The translations under genes were made by a program, and so were the position numbers. Shown here in pieces: positions 25,670 to 56,020 of a DNA stretch of 64,000 nucleotides. The stretch covers positions 16,522,633 through 16,586,632 of the forward strand of contig OZ037769.1 of the NCBI GenBank assembly GCA_964035545.1. Reading direction: 5' to 3'. Source of the stretch: Bugula neritina (lineage: Eukaryota; Animalia; Bryozoa). The notes below the pieces were generated by a model. That model was not told where the DNA came from, did not search any database, and saw nothing but the letters and a program-made list of their open reading frames with translations. Every line of letters starts with the position of its first letter. Within the stretch, counting starts at the first letter, position 1.

Positions 25670-26779
25670 CTGTCACATGTGAATTCATTATTATCTGTAA
25701 TGTTTTATGGACTAATGTGTAGGCTATTTGTCTTTGCCTTGACATGCATTTCCTATAGTAGACCAGTAACCGTCAAAGTATAACAATTAGCAAACTCTAG
25801 TGATGTGAATTCAACGCTACATATAATAACATATCAAGTTTTAAGGAAAATATCATCTCTGACATCTTATACACATGTATCAGTATTCATAGAATTGTAT
25901 CACAAAACTTAATATTTTAACTTTATGATGGCTAAAATTTATGGTTTTCTTATGACTTGAAACTTGCACTTTGTGTTTATTACTCAACATTTCTGTATCA
26001 AATAAACTATGTATTTCATATCATATTATCGTATTAGGTATATCATATAGCTACTTTACATATAATTCATTAATCGCTATCAGCTACGCAATATGGGGTA
26101 TTTCAAATATGCTAAAGATGTTGCAAAAAGCTGAATTAGATAAAAAAGTTATCATCAGTTGAACAACATTTACTGAGACATAATTTCCATGATTCAGATT
26201 TCTAATCTTAGTAATTACTGGAATAGAAACGGATGTCTAAATTTATTGAACCAGTAAAACATACAGTCCTTTGAGATCTGTCTAGTATAGGAACATAATA
26301 TAACCACGAGCAATCATTCTAGCATATAACAGACAATACAAATAGAGAGAGAGCTCAATGTTGAATACTACTTTGGTTAAACAGGCTATATAGCACTACT
26401 CCGTTTAATATAAGACACAAAAATGTGTAGCCAGTATAAAATTGCAGAATAGTAAAATACACTACCCAGTACCCTAGAAATATTAATAACAGTAAAATAT
26501 TATATTGCATTCTAGTTTGGAAGATTTCACGTAAAAGGAGATGAAAATTGAGAGTAACGTACTTTAAAAGTAGAGAAATAATCATGGGGTAGGAAATTGG
26601 TAAAGTTTTGTAGAAATTATGAGTGACTAGAGATTAGGTTGCGAGAAACGGAACGTTCATATTGTTCATATTTCCTACACACGATGCTGCCCGGCAGCAT
26701 TTTTCACATCTATGATACAGTTTTGATAAACAGTTAGTCTTAGCGAGGAATAGTTGTGGAATGTTGTATAGCCTTAGCA

Positions 26780-27804
26780 TCACATGAGAGTGGACTCACT
26801 GAACTGGCTGGGTGGGGGAACGGAATGATGGCGATGCCCGTGCTGCTGGCTGTGTGGGTACTGCTGGGATCTTAGTCTAGCTTTCACTTCAAACAGATCT
26901 TTCAGCAGAGCAGCTTTGTCCTTTTCTAACTGAGAGATCTTGTCCGTGCGTTGAGCCACTTCCTGTAGTATAGAGTTATAATGATAATATAGTATAACGT
27001 ACGATATAGTATAACGTATAATATAGTATAATTTAATATAGTATAACGTACAATACAATATAGTATAACGTACAGTATAGTATAATATAATATAGTACAA
27101 CGTACAATATAGTAAAACGTATAATATAGCATAATATAATGCAATAACTTATAAAATGATATAGTATAATGGAATAATATAATCTATAACATTATAACAC
27201 AATATTTTAACTTGCAACATAATTTATTACAACATAATAGAATTTAATCCAATATAACTGATAGTATGATAGAATAATATATAATATAGTACAACATACT
27301 AACTTACAACATAATAGAATAAATTAGAATATAATATAATACAATATAAAAAAATTTACTATAACACAGGAGAAGCTGATGTTAGCTGGGATACCATCTG
27401 GTCTATAATATGAAACATATTTCCTCTTCATATAAACCAACTAGCACCTGACGATACTAAAAGTCCCATTGTCCTTCATAGCCAACAAAACACAATCAAT
27501 ATTTACAAACTAAAAGAGCCCCACCAGAATTTCCCATAACAGCAACAGCCAACTAAAGTCTACCACTAAAAGTATGACAAAAACGTCCTTCACCTTGGTG
27601 AGCATTTTATTCTGAGCTCTCATCATCTGCACCACGTGGTCAGGTGCTGCCGGCTCAGTCGGCGAGGTGGGATTAGACTTAGGTTCATACGGTATTGTTT
27701 GTTGTCTCCCCTGCACTGTGGTCCTCGGTCTAGCCAGGTTCATTCTCATTAGTCCACCTTGTGTGCTTGACTCTGTGAGGGCATCAATCTGCTGGTTTAG
27801 CTGA

Positions 27805-27842
<38 letters not shown>

Positions 27843-27963
27843 CTAGTAGTAGTAGTAGTAGTAGTAGTAGTACTAGTAGCAGTAGTAGCAGTAGTAGTAG
27901 TAATAGTAGTAGTAGTAGTAGTAGTAGCAATAATAGTAGTAGTACTAGTACTAGTAGTAGTAC

Positions 27964-27999
<36 letters not shown>

Positions 28000-30017
28000 C
28001 AATAATAGTAGTAGTACTAGTACTAGTAGTAGTAGTACTAGTAGTAGTAGTAGTAGTAGTAGTAATATAGACTAGTGAGTTCACCTCCGAAATACGAAGC
28101 TGTTCAAAGGCCACCCTTTCCTGCTGCTGATCAGTATTAGAGTTGTCTGCCTCCAGCACCCCGTATCGCTGTCTGTCAGCTACTTCTGCCAACCTCTTAG
28201 TGTACCTGCAGTCACAGCTCATACTCAGACTATCATCATATAACATACACTTATACATGCTAGCGTTTCAGTACAGGCATACCTATTTAATATTTAATAT
28301 AAAAATAAAGCTGCTATCACTAGTTCTCCTTCGAGTATATGATAATGAGTAGAGTATATGATAATGAGTAGAGTATATGATAGTATATAGTATATGATAG
28401 TATATAGTATATGATAGTATATAGTATATGATAGTATAGAGTATATGATAGTATAGAGTATATGATAGAAATAGAACACATGCATTAAAGACTTTAGAGG
28501 AAGAGAAAATAAAATCGTGTACCAGTTTTTAACTTTATCTACAGATTGGAGTCCCTTCAGCAACATGCGCCTCTCCTCCTCCAGTAACTTTGACCTCCTC
28601 ACCTACAACCAGGAAACCCTTCGAGATGAGCAGAACATACGGGGTAAAGAAAAGAACAAGTAATAGCATTGATTTGTAGAGTCAAAGGGTGGAGAACATT
28701 CTAGAAGTCGTGATAATTTCATCAGCTATTTTTTGGTAATTTGAAGAGAAGTTTGAAATTGAACTTCAGCAATAGAGTGAGTTCCCGACAGCAGACTCTG
28801 ACTCACCATGCTGCCGTCCACTCCGTGCCCGAGAGTGTGACGCCTGCTGTTATCCCGCCTCTTAGGCGTCTGCTTACGGTACGCGTCACTCTCTCTGTAC
28901 GATGGGCGGTGCTGGGGGCTCGTGATTGGTTGAGCTGGTATGTCTGCTATTGACTGGGCACGCCCATTCTGCTCATCTAAAGCAGCAGTTTGATATTCAA
29001 TTGAAAAATCTAACTTCAATTATTTATCCAACTGCATGCATCAAATTGCCTCTAACAGAAATTATAACAATTATGACAATTGAAAACTAACAAAAGAGGA
29101 ACTTCCTGCTTAATTAACAAAGTGCTTACAATTTCGAGAGGAAGTGCGAGGAGGTTTCTGGTATATCGGCTCTACAGCAGCCTGTAAAAGAAGGAAACCG
29201 TAAAAACCTCTGTCCACAAACCAACACACCGGGAACAAATCTGATCACCAATGAGTCTAGTACTGAGACCTGTGAAGTGCGGAGTGGGGAGGTTGTAGTC
29301 TCAGAGCCATGTTGCTGCAGGTTAACGGGTTTGAAAGGCTTTGGCGGGGCGTCTCCACCTTGATAAGGACCTCCGGGTTTAGTTGCGGCAGCTTTCAAAG
29401 ACTGCTGCAGGCCAGAGACAAAGAGTTCAAAGGTTAGCTGACCGTTGACCGAGGAATTGCGTAGACACTCGACCACGTCTGAATGAATACAGAGAGGAGA
29501 TAACTCAGACTACAATAGGCTGCAATATACACTGTATATGTACCGAGCAATAAAAGTAGGGGGTTAGAAGCATAATGTAAATGCATATACGACTCTATAT
29601 TTTCACCATTTCGTTTGTTTGTATGAAAATATGTTCAGTACAAGAAGCTTCCAAATTTATGCAGATTATTAAATCCTAAATAACAATAAATGGCTGGTGA
29701 TTAGAATTTTTTGAACTTTGAGATATTAATTTTTATCAAATGTGATTAAATTAAAAATTGCAGTATTCAACCTGCTGCTTTATTGTATGGCTGCAAAACC
29801 TAGCTCTGATCCTAGTTATTAGGTAAACAGCAAGGGTAGACAACTAAGATTACTGTCTAAAAGTAGCCTAACCTGCAGGAAGCTTATTCGTGTTTTCCTT
29901 GTTCCACCTGGCCTCGATATCACAAAAATTCACGTACCCGAGCTTCTTAGTATCCAGAATATCAAACAGAACTCTAACAGATGTTAAGAACTGTTTTGGC
30001 ACACCATCAAATGTCAT
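26780..30017 (-). CDS. SAPCD2: Suppressor APC domain-containing protein 2; exons 30017-29873, 29478-29270, 29181-29130, 28976-28807, 28602-28523, 28205-28085, 27800-27594, 26962-26780
   Basis: GVPKQFLTSVRVLFDILD..IEARW, GQLTFELFVSGL, RRHTLGHGVD..LEEERRMLLKGL..WY and MRAQNKMLTKEVAQRTDKISQLEKDKAALLKDLFE match SAPCD2 hallmarks; junctions are in phase. Confidence 0.9.
27806..28064. repeat. (TAG)n microsatellite filling a SAPCD2 intron
   Basis: Direct reading. Confidence 0.95.
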
Positions 30018-32686
30018 GTTTACTGTGTGTGTGCTTCAGCTTTTCTATTGATTTTGATTCATTTTTCAAAGTTTAAGGACTAATACCTTTCACTTTTTAC
30101 AGTAAGACTTTACAGGTAGGAGTATCAGTAGATGAGTGTTAGCCTAATTGTCTATCACTACTGAGACAATCACTGGCTGGAGTATAGCATCAGTCTAAAC
30201 CACCCCGACCTGCAAGTAATGATAATTTGCAAACACAAGCTAAAGTAATAAAACTAAGACTGAGCCTTAGCTATAGGCATGTAAAATACAATTCATAAAG
30301 TGAAACTGGAGGACTATAAACTTAAAAGGCAACATTAATAAAATTTCACAGTGATCACTAATAACTACTCAATCACTCAATGATAATTTATAGAACTAAT
30401 TTGAAACTAGATGTCAAATCCTAACCTGAGCTAGCAATGACGATCACAGTGACAATTAGTAACATAGCTTTAATGACTAGTGAATAAATATAACATCAAC
30501 ATGAACATAGGTTATACTTAAACATATATTTTAATTTATTCAACTTTATTTCTGACTTTCTGTGTCACTAGAACATGTATTTTTAGTTACCAAAAAATGA
30601 AAATTTGAAAGTTAAATGCCTCATTTATAACACTAAAAGTAATTGGGTGTTACAGTAGCTCAGTAGGCATTAGCATGTATCAGTATAAGTTTTGACTGTT
30701 TTGTCGCTGTAATTGTCAGATTGTGCTTATTCATCTTCAATTTCATAAATAGTGAAGAAATATATAAACTATAAATTGCAAAATTTCAATTGCTACAAGT
30801 ACATTACTACTAGTACTACTAGACCTACTACTAGTAGTACTAAAGAAATATTTTTAATCACAATAAATATAAATACATATATTAATACAATTGTAATAAT
30901 TAATATGAACCTGAACATGATACAAATACAATTCGAGCTACATCAACATGGAAATGGCATCAAACATGGTAATACTAATACTAATAACTTAATACTAATA
31001 GTAATAGCTAATGCCAATGGTCATGATTATCATTATAACTAATAATAGTTGTATCATCATTAAAATTAAAATGATTTTTATTATGATAATCATACTCATA
31101 CAGTCATAGTGAGTGAATCAATCAATATAGTCTTACTCTTACTGATAATCATAATGATAATCATTATCATAATCATAACGTTATTGTTAATGTAAATCTA
31201 AAAGTAAAAGTAAAACTAAATGTAAATGATTTATTTATATTATGTTCTTAATGATATTGAGATAGCCCTTCACATTGATATTGCTGGGTCATTAGCGTTA
31301 TCATTATAAATATTATTAAAGTTACTGTTATCAGTTAATATTATGCGTTATTGCTAACAGTTGTCGTAATTGGTCTTGGAGTACATAAAAATAACACGGT
31401 ACAAAACAGAAATATTTTAAAACACAGCTACGCCTATAGGAGTTTTATAGTCTACAATGTATGCGATGCAGGTAAATTATAGATATTTCGTTCAAGCGTC
31501 ATCACGCTCAATGAGTTTTTAAATCTACGTGCAAAAGACGCTTTGCCGCAAATAAAGCAAAAGGCACAATTTCAAACTTTCCGTGTCTCACCAACAAGAT
31601 CAACACTGAAATTCAATATAGCCTACACTTGATAAGTATAAATTACAATTATTTTTCTCTGAAATTTATTAAAACTTTGGCTAACATTGTGAATGAATCT
31701 GCAATTCCAATTAATAGTTGTAGACCGAATAACAAGGTTCGGTCGGTTGAAACTGAAACTGAAAAACAGAAAGTGAAACTGAAAGTGAAGTCAAAGTGAA
31801 AATAAAATGGATTAGGATTATAATCATTTACATTATCACTATGATTATGATTTTATTTATGCTTTTCAATATGAATATATTGTTATTACTACAACTATTA
31901 GTCTTTATGAAATACAAATGGTAAATAACTAAATTGTGTTGACTTACTTTTTTTAGTTTTAGATGGTTAAGGCTAGCCCTAAGGCTAAGGCTAAAGCTTG
32001 ATATTTTTATTTATCATTTATGGTTTAAGCTACTAACACTAACAGCCAAGTGAGTGTAGGTGTAAGTGTAGCAGAAAGTATAAAAATAAGTGTAGCAGTA
32101 ATAGTATACGTATAGTAATAGGTATACGCATCATTTTTGATTTCTCTAGACAGTATACTGTATGCTAACGTCTAATGCATATTAACATGATAATCATAAT
32201 AATATTGTAATTGAGTCTAATGCATTATTTTTACTAGTAAAACACTATTGTTATTACGAACAGTTGATGTTATATTAAGGGTAATACTCATTGATTATAA
32301 TATATCTTTTCTTTTCTTCCACCTAAGGTTTAACTTTATGTTATATTTTGACCATTAATGCTTGCAAATTAATATAAATTGACTTTTAATATAGGTAAGT
32401 GATTGGCTAACATTATTTGTATTTAGTGTAAATACCTTTTGTCTGGGCCACCCTTGTTTAAATAGAAAAGGATATTTGATTGAGCTAGAAGTTTTGTAAT
32501 ATAGTTTATTGCAGAATCATATTGAATGTTATTTTTTTTAAATACTCATTTTTCGATCACAAACTAAAGCAACTATTTTCACATTGAAGTTGAGTAATAT
32601 GTTGGAATGCTTACCAAGCTCATGATGTGATAATGAAACTTCTATTAATACAGCTTAACCTGCTGCTACCACTTTTAGCTGTTAAA

Positions 32687-48757
<16,071 letters not shown>

Positions 48758-49682
48758 CCACAGTATCCACAGTATCGGCTTACTGACTAGAATACTACGC
48801 TTTTTCCAACAGAATCTGTATATATTATTTTTCATTACAAATTTCTATATAGTAACTTGATTATTATCTATATAAATACAAGCCTTGTATTCTGTATCAG
48901 CTAGTTGTTAGCTCACGTCATGCCGAAAGTTACGTAATATATTGTCATTTGCTAATTATTGGGTATTTCATTTGCGCATTTTTGAACGTAGTTCTTTTTT
49001 GTAGAATCGTTGGATAGTTTGATGAGATTTATAAATAAAACAAGTTTGATAAATTCACTATTGTTGATTCACAAGTTCATATTTATTAATAAGCAGTTAT
49101 TTTCCCCATTATGTAAAGAGCACAACTCTCCATTAAGTCAATTTACAGTATTTTAAAGTATGGTGTAAGTGTAGCCTGTGGGATGATTATAACCGATATG
49201 GTTGGTATATAAGAGAGTGAGCACATAACTAGTACATAGACAAAGAATTGATATCTTATGTTGGCTAAAATATTACAAGTATTGGCAAATTTGAAATTGC
49301 GATCCAATAAAAAATGGCCAGTTAGAAAACACTTTTGAGTTGTCTTTTCAATAAATGAAACAAGTCAGGACATGTATGTAGAGTTTATTAGTACGAACGC
49401 AGGTATAAACAAACATTAAAACTCTCCCAAGAATAACTTCCTGCTGTATACCCAACTTGAATAAACAAAAGAATCTGCTTCCGGTGCCAATAATAAGCAA
49501 GGGCACGTGTGATTTTAAGAGGTTATCATAATTATAAATCATAATATTAATAATTCAAGCTGATCACTCAATGACAACAGTTAATAGGGTTCATGCATCA
49601 ACATCTATTTTAAGTTTCAATCTTTGGATTTAAGTTTATATATATATCAACATCCTAACCCAGCTCTAATTTCGAAATCAAA

Positions 49683-52600
49683 ATGACAAATTATGACATG
49701 GAAATTCAAGAACAACCTAATGAAATTGAAGACAAACACATACTTGTTCAATTCAAAAATGAAAATGGAGACACTTTGGGGAGCTCGTTCGACATGCCTA
49801 TTAATTTATCAAAGAAAAAATTGCAGCTTTTATGCGATGCCCTGCTACAAAAAGTAAGTAGGCTAACAGATACAGTCATTGATTCAAACTCAAAGTGATA
49901 GTTAATGTCATGAGTTAAGCTGATGCTGTTTGCTAAACTTAAAGGAAATTATTGACAATATAAAGTTCAATTTGTATTTAGTTTTTTTACTTTTAAAGTC
50001 AAATGAGTAAATCTAGTTTGTATTTTTGAGTATCATTATAGTGATACTGATAGTAATTTCAATAATTATAATATAACTCACGCGTTATAAGACTATTTAA
50101 AATATATTCATAATATTGTTGATATTCCGCCATATATGCAAATTTTCAATTGTTGATACCAATTCAATATTGAAAGGCCTCTGCAATGATACCATCATTT
50201 TGATTCTTCATTAGAGCTTTACATCAGCTATTTTTTCAGGATGAGAAAACACCATACAAATTCTTTGTTGACAACTGCGAAGTAACTTCTACACTTGCAG
50301 ACTCTCTAGACAAAGAGAAACTTGATGCTAGTGAAAAAGTCTTAGACATAATCTATCAGCCTCAGGCAGTATTCAAAGTGCGGGCAGTCACCAGATGCAC
50401 CAGTACCATTGAAGGTCATGCTGAGGCTGTGCTATCAGTAGCATTTAGTTCTGACGGCAGGTGGGTGTGTGCTCACTGACCAGTTCATAGCGATTTGTGT
50501 TCTCTTTGCAATCTCCTAAGCTTTCTTGTGTATAGATGTCTGTGGCAGTTGAATAATTAATTTTGTAAATTTTTTCAGCTGTGTGTCATAAGTTAGAAAG
50601 AAAAGTTGTGTAAAATTATAAAATGCTTGAATGTGTCAAATTTTCTTGTAAATTGTAAGTATTGAGTTACTATTTCATAAGCTGTGAACTGATTCACTCG
50701 ATGCAGTTATTGTTCTGTTATTTTCTGTTACTATGTTCAAATTATGTTGCCACAGCTACTCTGTTTCCATAGCTACTCTATAGTTACTCTGTTGCTATAA
50801 TGACTTTATTGCTACAGTTACCCTGTTGCTATAGTTACTCTGTTGCTATGGTTACTCTGTTGTTATAGATACTTAGCCAGTGGTTCTGGTGACACAACTG
50901 TTCGATTCTGGGACCTGCAAACTGAAACCCCACATCATACGTGTAAAGGTACTTGTCTATTTCCGTTCTATATACTGATTGGTTATATGTTATATCAGAT
51001 ACAAGAAATAATGTTGAATGTATTGTAATACTCAGGGTTATGACACTGTTTACTAAGTCTAACCTTGTCTCTAGGTCACAGTCACTGGATTCTATGTATA
51101 GCCTGGTCTCCCAATGGTCTAAGGCTAGCTTCTGCTTGTATGAAGGGGCAGGTAGGCTTTTCTCACTACAACTGACAAATAATTTAAGCTGAGGTAATGG
51201 TCTAAAGGGGGAAAATTTTCAGTTGAACTTGAATTGTTATCATTAGAGAGAGAGAGTCACTGGTGTGATTGCAATTCATGTTTGGTTAGTTTTTAAGTCG
51301 TAATAAGTTACTGATACCCTGAGACACCCCCATAGTATGATTATATTTTGCAGATCTGCATTTGGGATCCTAATACAGGTAAACAGGTTGGCAGGGCCTT
51401 GCAAGGCCACAAACAGTGGATAACCTCGTTGTCATGGAAACCTCTGCATCTGTAAGTATGTTTGACTGTAAGTTGAGGAATCCAGACACTTTGCTAATGT
51501 TGTTGACACCTGTCAGTATTTGCTGACACCTGTCAGTGTTTGCTGACACCTGTCAGTTTGTTGACACTTCTCTGTGTTGTTTCAGGGATGGAGAATGTAG
51601 ACTCTTTGCCAGTGCGTCTAAGGTGAGTGTTGCTAATTTCTCAGTCTGGGTGGATGGAGACGGCCGCACCTCATATCCGGTTGTTATATTCATATAGTTG
51701 TGCCTTTTTTATTTTTTACATCAACTGATTTCTGCAGTATGATAAAGGGAGGCTAGTATCAGAGAACTCAGGCTAGTATTCTCCTGTAACTCAGGCTAAT
51801 AGTCTGAAACTTAAACTAGCTGCAAGTGCAGACAACTACCACTCTGTTCATCAACCTTAAGGTCTGCTGCAGATACATGAGCATTAGGTAAGTTGCTAAT
51901 GGAGTAACATGTGTATGTTTTACTGTATGACTCACCTGTGTGCTGATTGTTAGGACGGCTCGGTGAGGATATGGGACACCACGCTGTCGCAGTGTAAGCT
52001 AGTGCTGACGAGCCACTCGGACTCCGTTACCTGCCTCAGGTGGGGCGGGTCTAATCTCCTCTACACCGGCTCTAGAGACAAGACCGTGAAGGTGTGGCGC
52101 GCAGACGACGTGAGTTGCTTTACTTACTTCCTCTTTGGTGTGTGTAAAGTGTAATCTGCATACATTGTGATATACATACAGGGTGTACTCTGCATACATC
52201 TAGACTCGTGATATTCTTACAGGGTGTTCTATGCCAAACTTTGCAAGGCCATGCACATCGGGTCAACACATTAGCTCTTAATACAGACTACGTTATGAGA
52301 ACTGGAGCTTTCAACCCTGCTAAGGCAACTATTGTACCTCTTGAAGACAAGAGCTCAAGTATGTCAAATCTCCTTTCTGTATACATCAAAGTAATTCCGT
52401 CAGCCGGAAAAGTAAATTATACTAAATGATTCTTTGTTTCACTTTTAGTGGTTGAGAAGCAGCAACAGGCATTGGACAGATACAACAAGGTCAAGGTGAA
52501 ATTATCTCACTAACACTAGTAACTACTCTCTCTCACTAACACTAGTAACTACACTCTCACTAACACTAGTAACTGTATACTCTCACTAACACTAGTAACT

Positions 52601-54209
52601 ACTCTCTCACTAACACTAGTAACTACTCTCTCACTAACACTAGTAACTACTCTCTCACTAACACTAGTAACTACTCTCTCACTAACACTAGTAACTACTC
52701 TCTCACTAGCACTAGTAACTACTCTCTCACTAATACTAGTAACTACTCTCTCACTACTAACTACACTGTCTTCTACTGTCTCTCTCACAGTCGTATTCTG
52801 AGTTTCACTCTCGCACCCGCATTGAAACCTCTCACTCACTCACAGTAACACTCAATTAAACAGTTGTACTCTCAGTTTTATCTTCAGTCTTTCTTTATTA
52901 CTCAAACTCACACTAACTCACAGTCACACTAACTCACAGTCACACTAACTCACAGTCACACTAACTCACAGTCACACTAACTCACAGTCACACTAACTCA
53001 CAGTCACACTAACTCACAGTGGTATATACTGTATTCAGGGAAGTAGTCCAGAGGTGCTAGTGTCAGGGTCAGACGACTTCACGCTGTTCATGTGGCACCC
53101 CGAGACGGAGAAGAAAAAGCCGATGGCCAGAATGACGAAGCAGGAGGAGGGGACGAGAATGACGGGACACATGCAGCTCATCAACTCCGTAGTTTTCTCC
53201 CCTGACACCAGATTCATTGCCAGCGCCTCCTTCGACAAGTCAGTGAAACTCTGGGACGGGCGAACCGGAAAGTAGGTTTCTTATTGTTGAGCAATCCTTA
53301 CTTTTATTTGTTAAAGGTAGCTACTAGCCAGGTTCTCAAATTCTCTGTAGAGCTCATTGGATACTTTCATTAGCTCTTTGCAACTAGTAACATCTATGGA
53401 TAAATTAATTTGATCTCTACCACTACTTCTAGGAGCATCAAACTAGAGTACATCCACTCTAACTGTGTCTACAGTTTATGTCGTTATGCACAGTTACTGC
53501 TATGACACTGCTATGACATTGCTATGATACTGCTATGACACTACTATGACACTGCTATGACATTGCTATGATACTGCTATGACACTGCTATGACACTGCT
53601 ATGACACTGCTATGACACTGATATGACACCGCTATGACACTGCTTTAACATAACTATGACACTGCTATGACTCTGTTCTGCAGGTACTTGGCGTCACTCA
53701 GAGGCCATGTTAGTCGTGTCTACCAAGTAGCCTGGTCAGCTGACAGCAGGTTGCTGTGTAGCGGCAGCAGTGACTCTACTCTCAAAATCTGGAACATGGA
53801 GACAAGGAGGATTCACAATGACCTCCCCGGTCACGCCGATGAGGTGGGTGTGCTCTCATGTTTAGATGTCATTTTCCATTTACTTATCCCAGATGCCCGG
53901 TATGGCTAGAGATGAGGCATGCAGTATATATGTAAGCTAGCTGCTGATTGGTCAATATTTTAGAATAAACTAGTACAGCTCAGCAGTGAAATAATGTGAA
54001 CTAATATTTCAGGTTTATGCTGTGGACTGGAGTCCAGATGGCCAGAAGGTGGCCAGTGGAGGGAAAGATAAAGTTCTTAAGATGTAAGTTTCACTTCAGT
54101 CTATGTTAGTGACATGTTCCTCTGTACTTGAAGTTGTCTTGTCATACTGTAACTCTTTGAGTTGTCCTCCCCACGTCATGACTGAATATGTTACAGATGG
54201 AGGCAGTGA
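49683..54209 (+). CDS. NLE1: Notchless homolog 1 (Rsa4), copy A; open frame but divergent
   Basis: NLE/UBL domain, [93 protein letters not shown]. Confidence 0.92.
52505..52760. repeat. 24-bp intronic minisatellite (CTCTCTCACTAACACTAGTAACTA), present only in NLE1 copy A
   Basis: Direct reading; the paralogous intron at ~59910-59940 has one partial unit. Confidence 0.9.
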
Positions 54210-55221
54210 GCTGGAGAAGAGATCAGAGTGTATTGGAGAAATTAGGCTATTAGCTGGAAAGGGTGGAGACTGCAGGCCCCGCCTATTCAACCTTTCAAAC
54301 AAAAGTGTAGACTTTTGACAACTTTTAACACTTATACTACTTCCTGTTTAAAGCCATTCGCTAGCTCTTTGGTGTTTGAGGTACCCTCAGCTGATCAGTT
54401 GACACCTCAGAGCAGGTGCCTCTGATGAGTCATAGATTTTATGTATCATGATAGTTTATTTATTCTAATACGCCCTCTACTGGAGTATTATTCTGCTCAG
54501 CATATTGCTTATAAGTGTAACGGAATACATCAAATAACTTTCTTTGTTGACAAACAGGTTTCTTAACGTTTATATAAAGATGCTTCTTATTGGCAATATT
54601 ATAATGTAATACTTGATCTTGTATATAATATATAATATATAGATATAATAAACTAAATGGTGTTTCTAACTTCTGAATGTTTCTCTATCTTCCACCTTCA
54701 CTGAGCTGCATGTTCCTCTCTCTACGCAGTGTTGTTTGCTTGTCGCCATTGCTACTCGGTAACCACACCCACAATAATAGTTGCCATATTTTAATCAAAT
54801 TGGGAATCTCCATAGTGTGGCCATGTGTAGTATTTATTATAAGTACTGGTAACTATTAATGAATAATAAAATACTTAATATTTATTGAATTTTGAAAATT
54901 AATTCCACTGTAATATTTTATCTTTGGAGTATTTAAGCTCAAAGCATAGAAAAACCTCTAGCAGTAGTAGCAGTACTGGTAGTACCAGCAGTACTAGCAG
55001 TTGTAGCAGTACTAGCAGTAGTAGCTGTACTAGCAGTAGTAGCAGTACTAGCAGCAGTAGTTATTTCTGTGTTGGTTCCCCTCGTAAAGTCATGTGACTG
55101 TATGATAAGTACTGTGTGACTCATTGTATGACTCATACTTTCTGTTTAATTAACCTGCGTTCCAACCCCGCTTAGCCTTAGCCCTCCTCCCCACTCTGTT
55201 ACATGATATTCTCTTACACAG

Positions 55222-56020
55222 GCTCAGCTGGAGCGTCTCGTAGCTATGAAAAATTACGAAGGAGCATTCAAACAGGCACTGACGCTGTCAACTTGTCTAT
55301 ACTCATCTACTCACTTGGCAAGCTGCCAGACAGCTCTCTTGTCTTTGCTGACCCTTGCCCGCTGTCTCAACCACTCCTGCTGTCGCTGATACAGCAGCTT
55401 TCAGTTGGACTTCTTTCTCCAAACTCTCTACTGGACCTTCTATTCGAGTGAGTCGAGTTTGTATGACTGTATACTCTGTCTATATGACTGTATACTCTGT
55501 CTATATGACTGTATACTCTGTCTATATGACTGTATACTCTGTCTATATGACTGTATATTCTGTCTATATGACTGTATACTCTGTCTATATGACTGTATAC
55601 TCTGTCTATATGACTGTATACTGTGTCTATATGACTGTATACTCTGTCTATATGACTGTATATTCTGTCTATATGACTTTATACTCTCTCTATATGGCTG
55701 TGTGCTCTGTCTATATGACTGTATACTCTGTCTATATGGCTGTGTGCTCTGTCTATATGACTGTGTACTCTGTCTATATGACTGTGTACTCTCTCTATAT
55801 GACTGTGTACTCTCTATATATTTCATTTAGTTATCTTTCTGATGCTATAATGAACCTTGACCCCCACGACCCTGTCACCATCCAGAACCTGGGTATCGTA
55901 ACAGATGTCAAGGACAAACTCTCAGAGTTTATGCTAAAGAATCCCAAGTCCGAACACAGTAGAACTGTGGCAGCTATTGAGAAATCTATAAAGTTACTCA
56001 TCAGATATGCAAGCCCCTAG
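55222..56020 (+). pseudogene. EDC4: Duplicated last two exons of EDC4 (55222-55447, 55831-56020), promoterless and frameshifted
   Basis: Near-identical to 48021-48757, but CAGGCACTCGAC has become CAGGCACTGAC (1-nt deletion at ~55280), plus D>N, L>S and Q>L changes. Confidence 0.88.

Noticed and set aside
27784-28258. Poly-Leu/poly-Thr ORFs (also poly-Ser/Val at 47407-47896)
   Set aside because: (TAG)n microsatellites within GT-AG introns.
51263-51328. Possible C/D snoRNA in an NLE1 intron (GGTGT..CTGA GACACC)
   Set aside because: The C box is poor (GTGATTG) and overlaps the putative stem; no target recognised.
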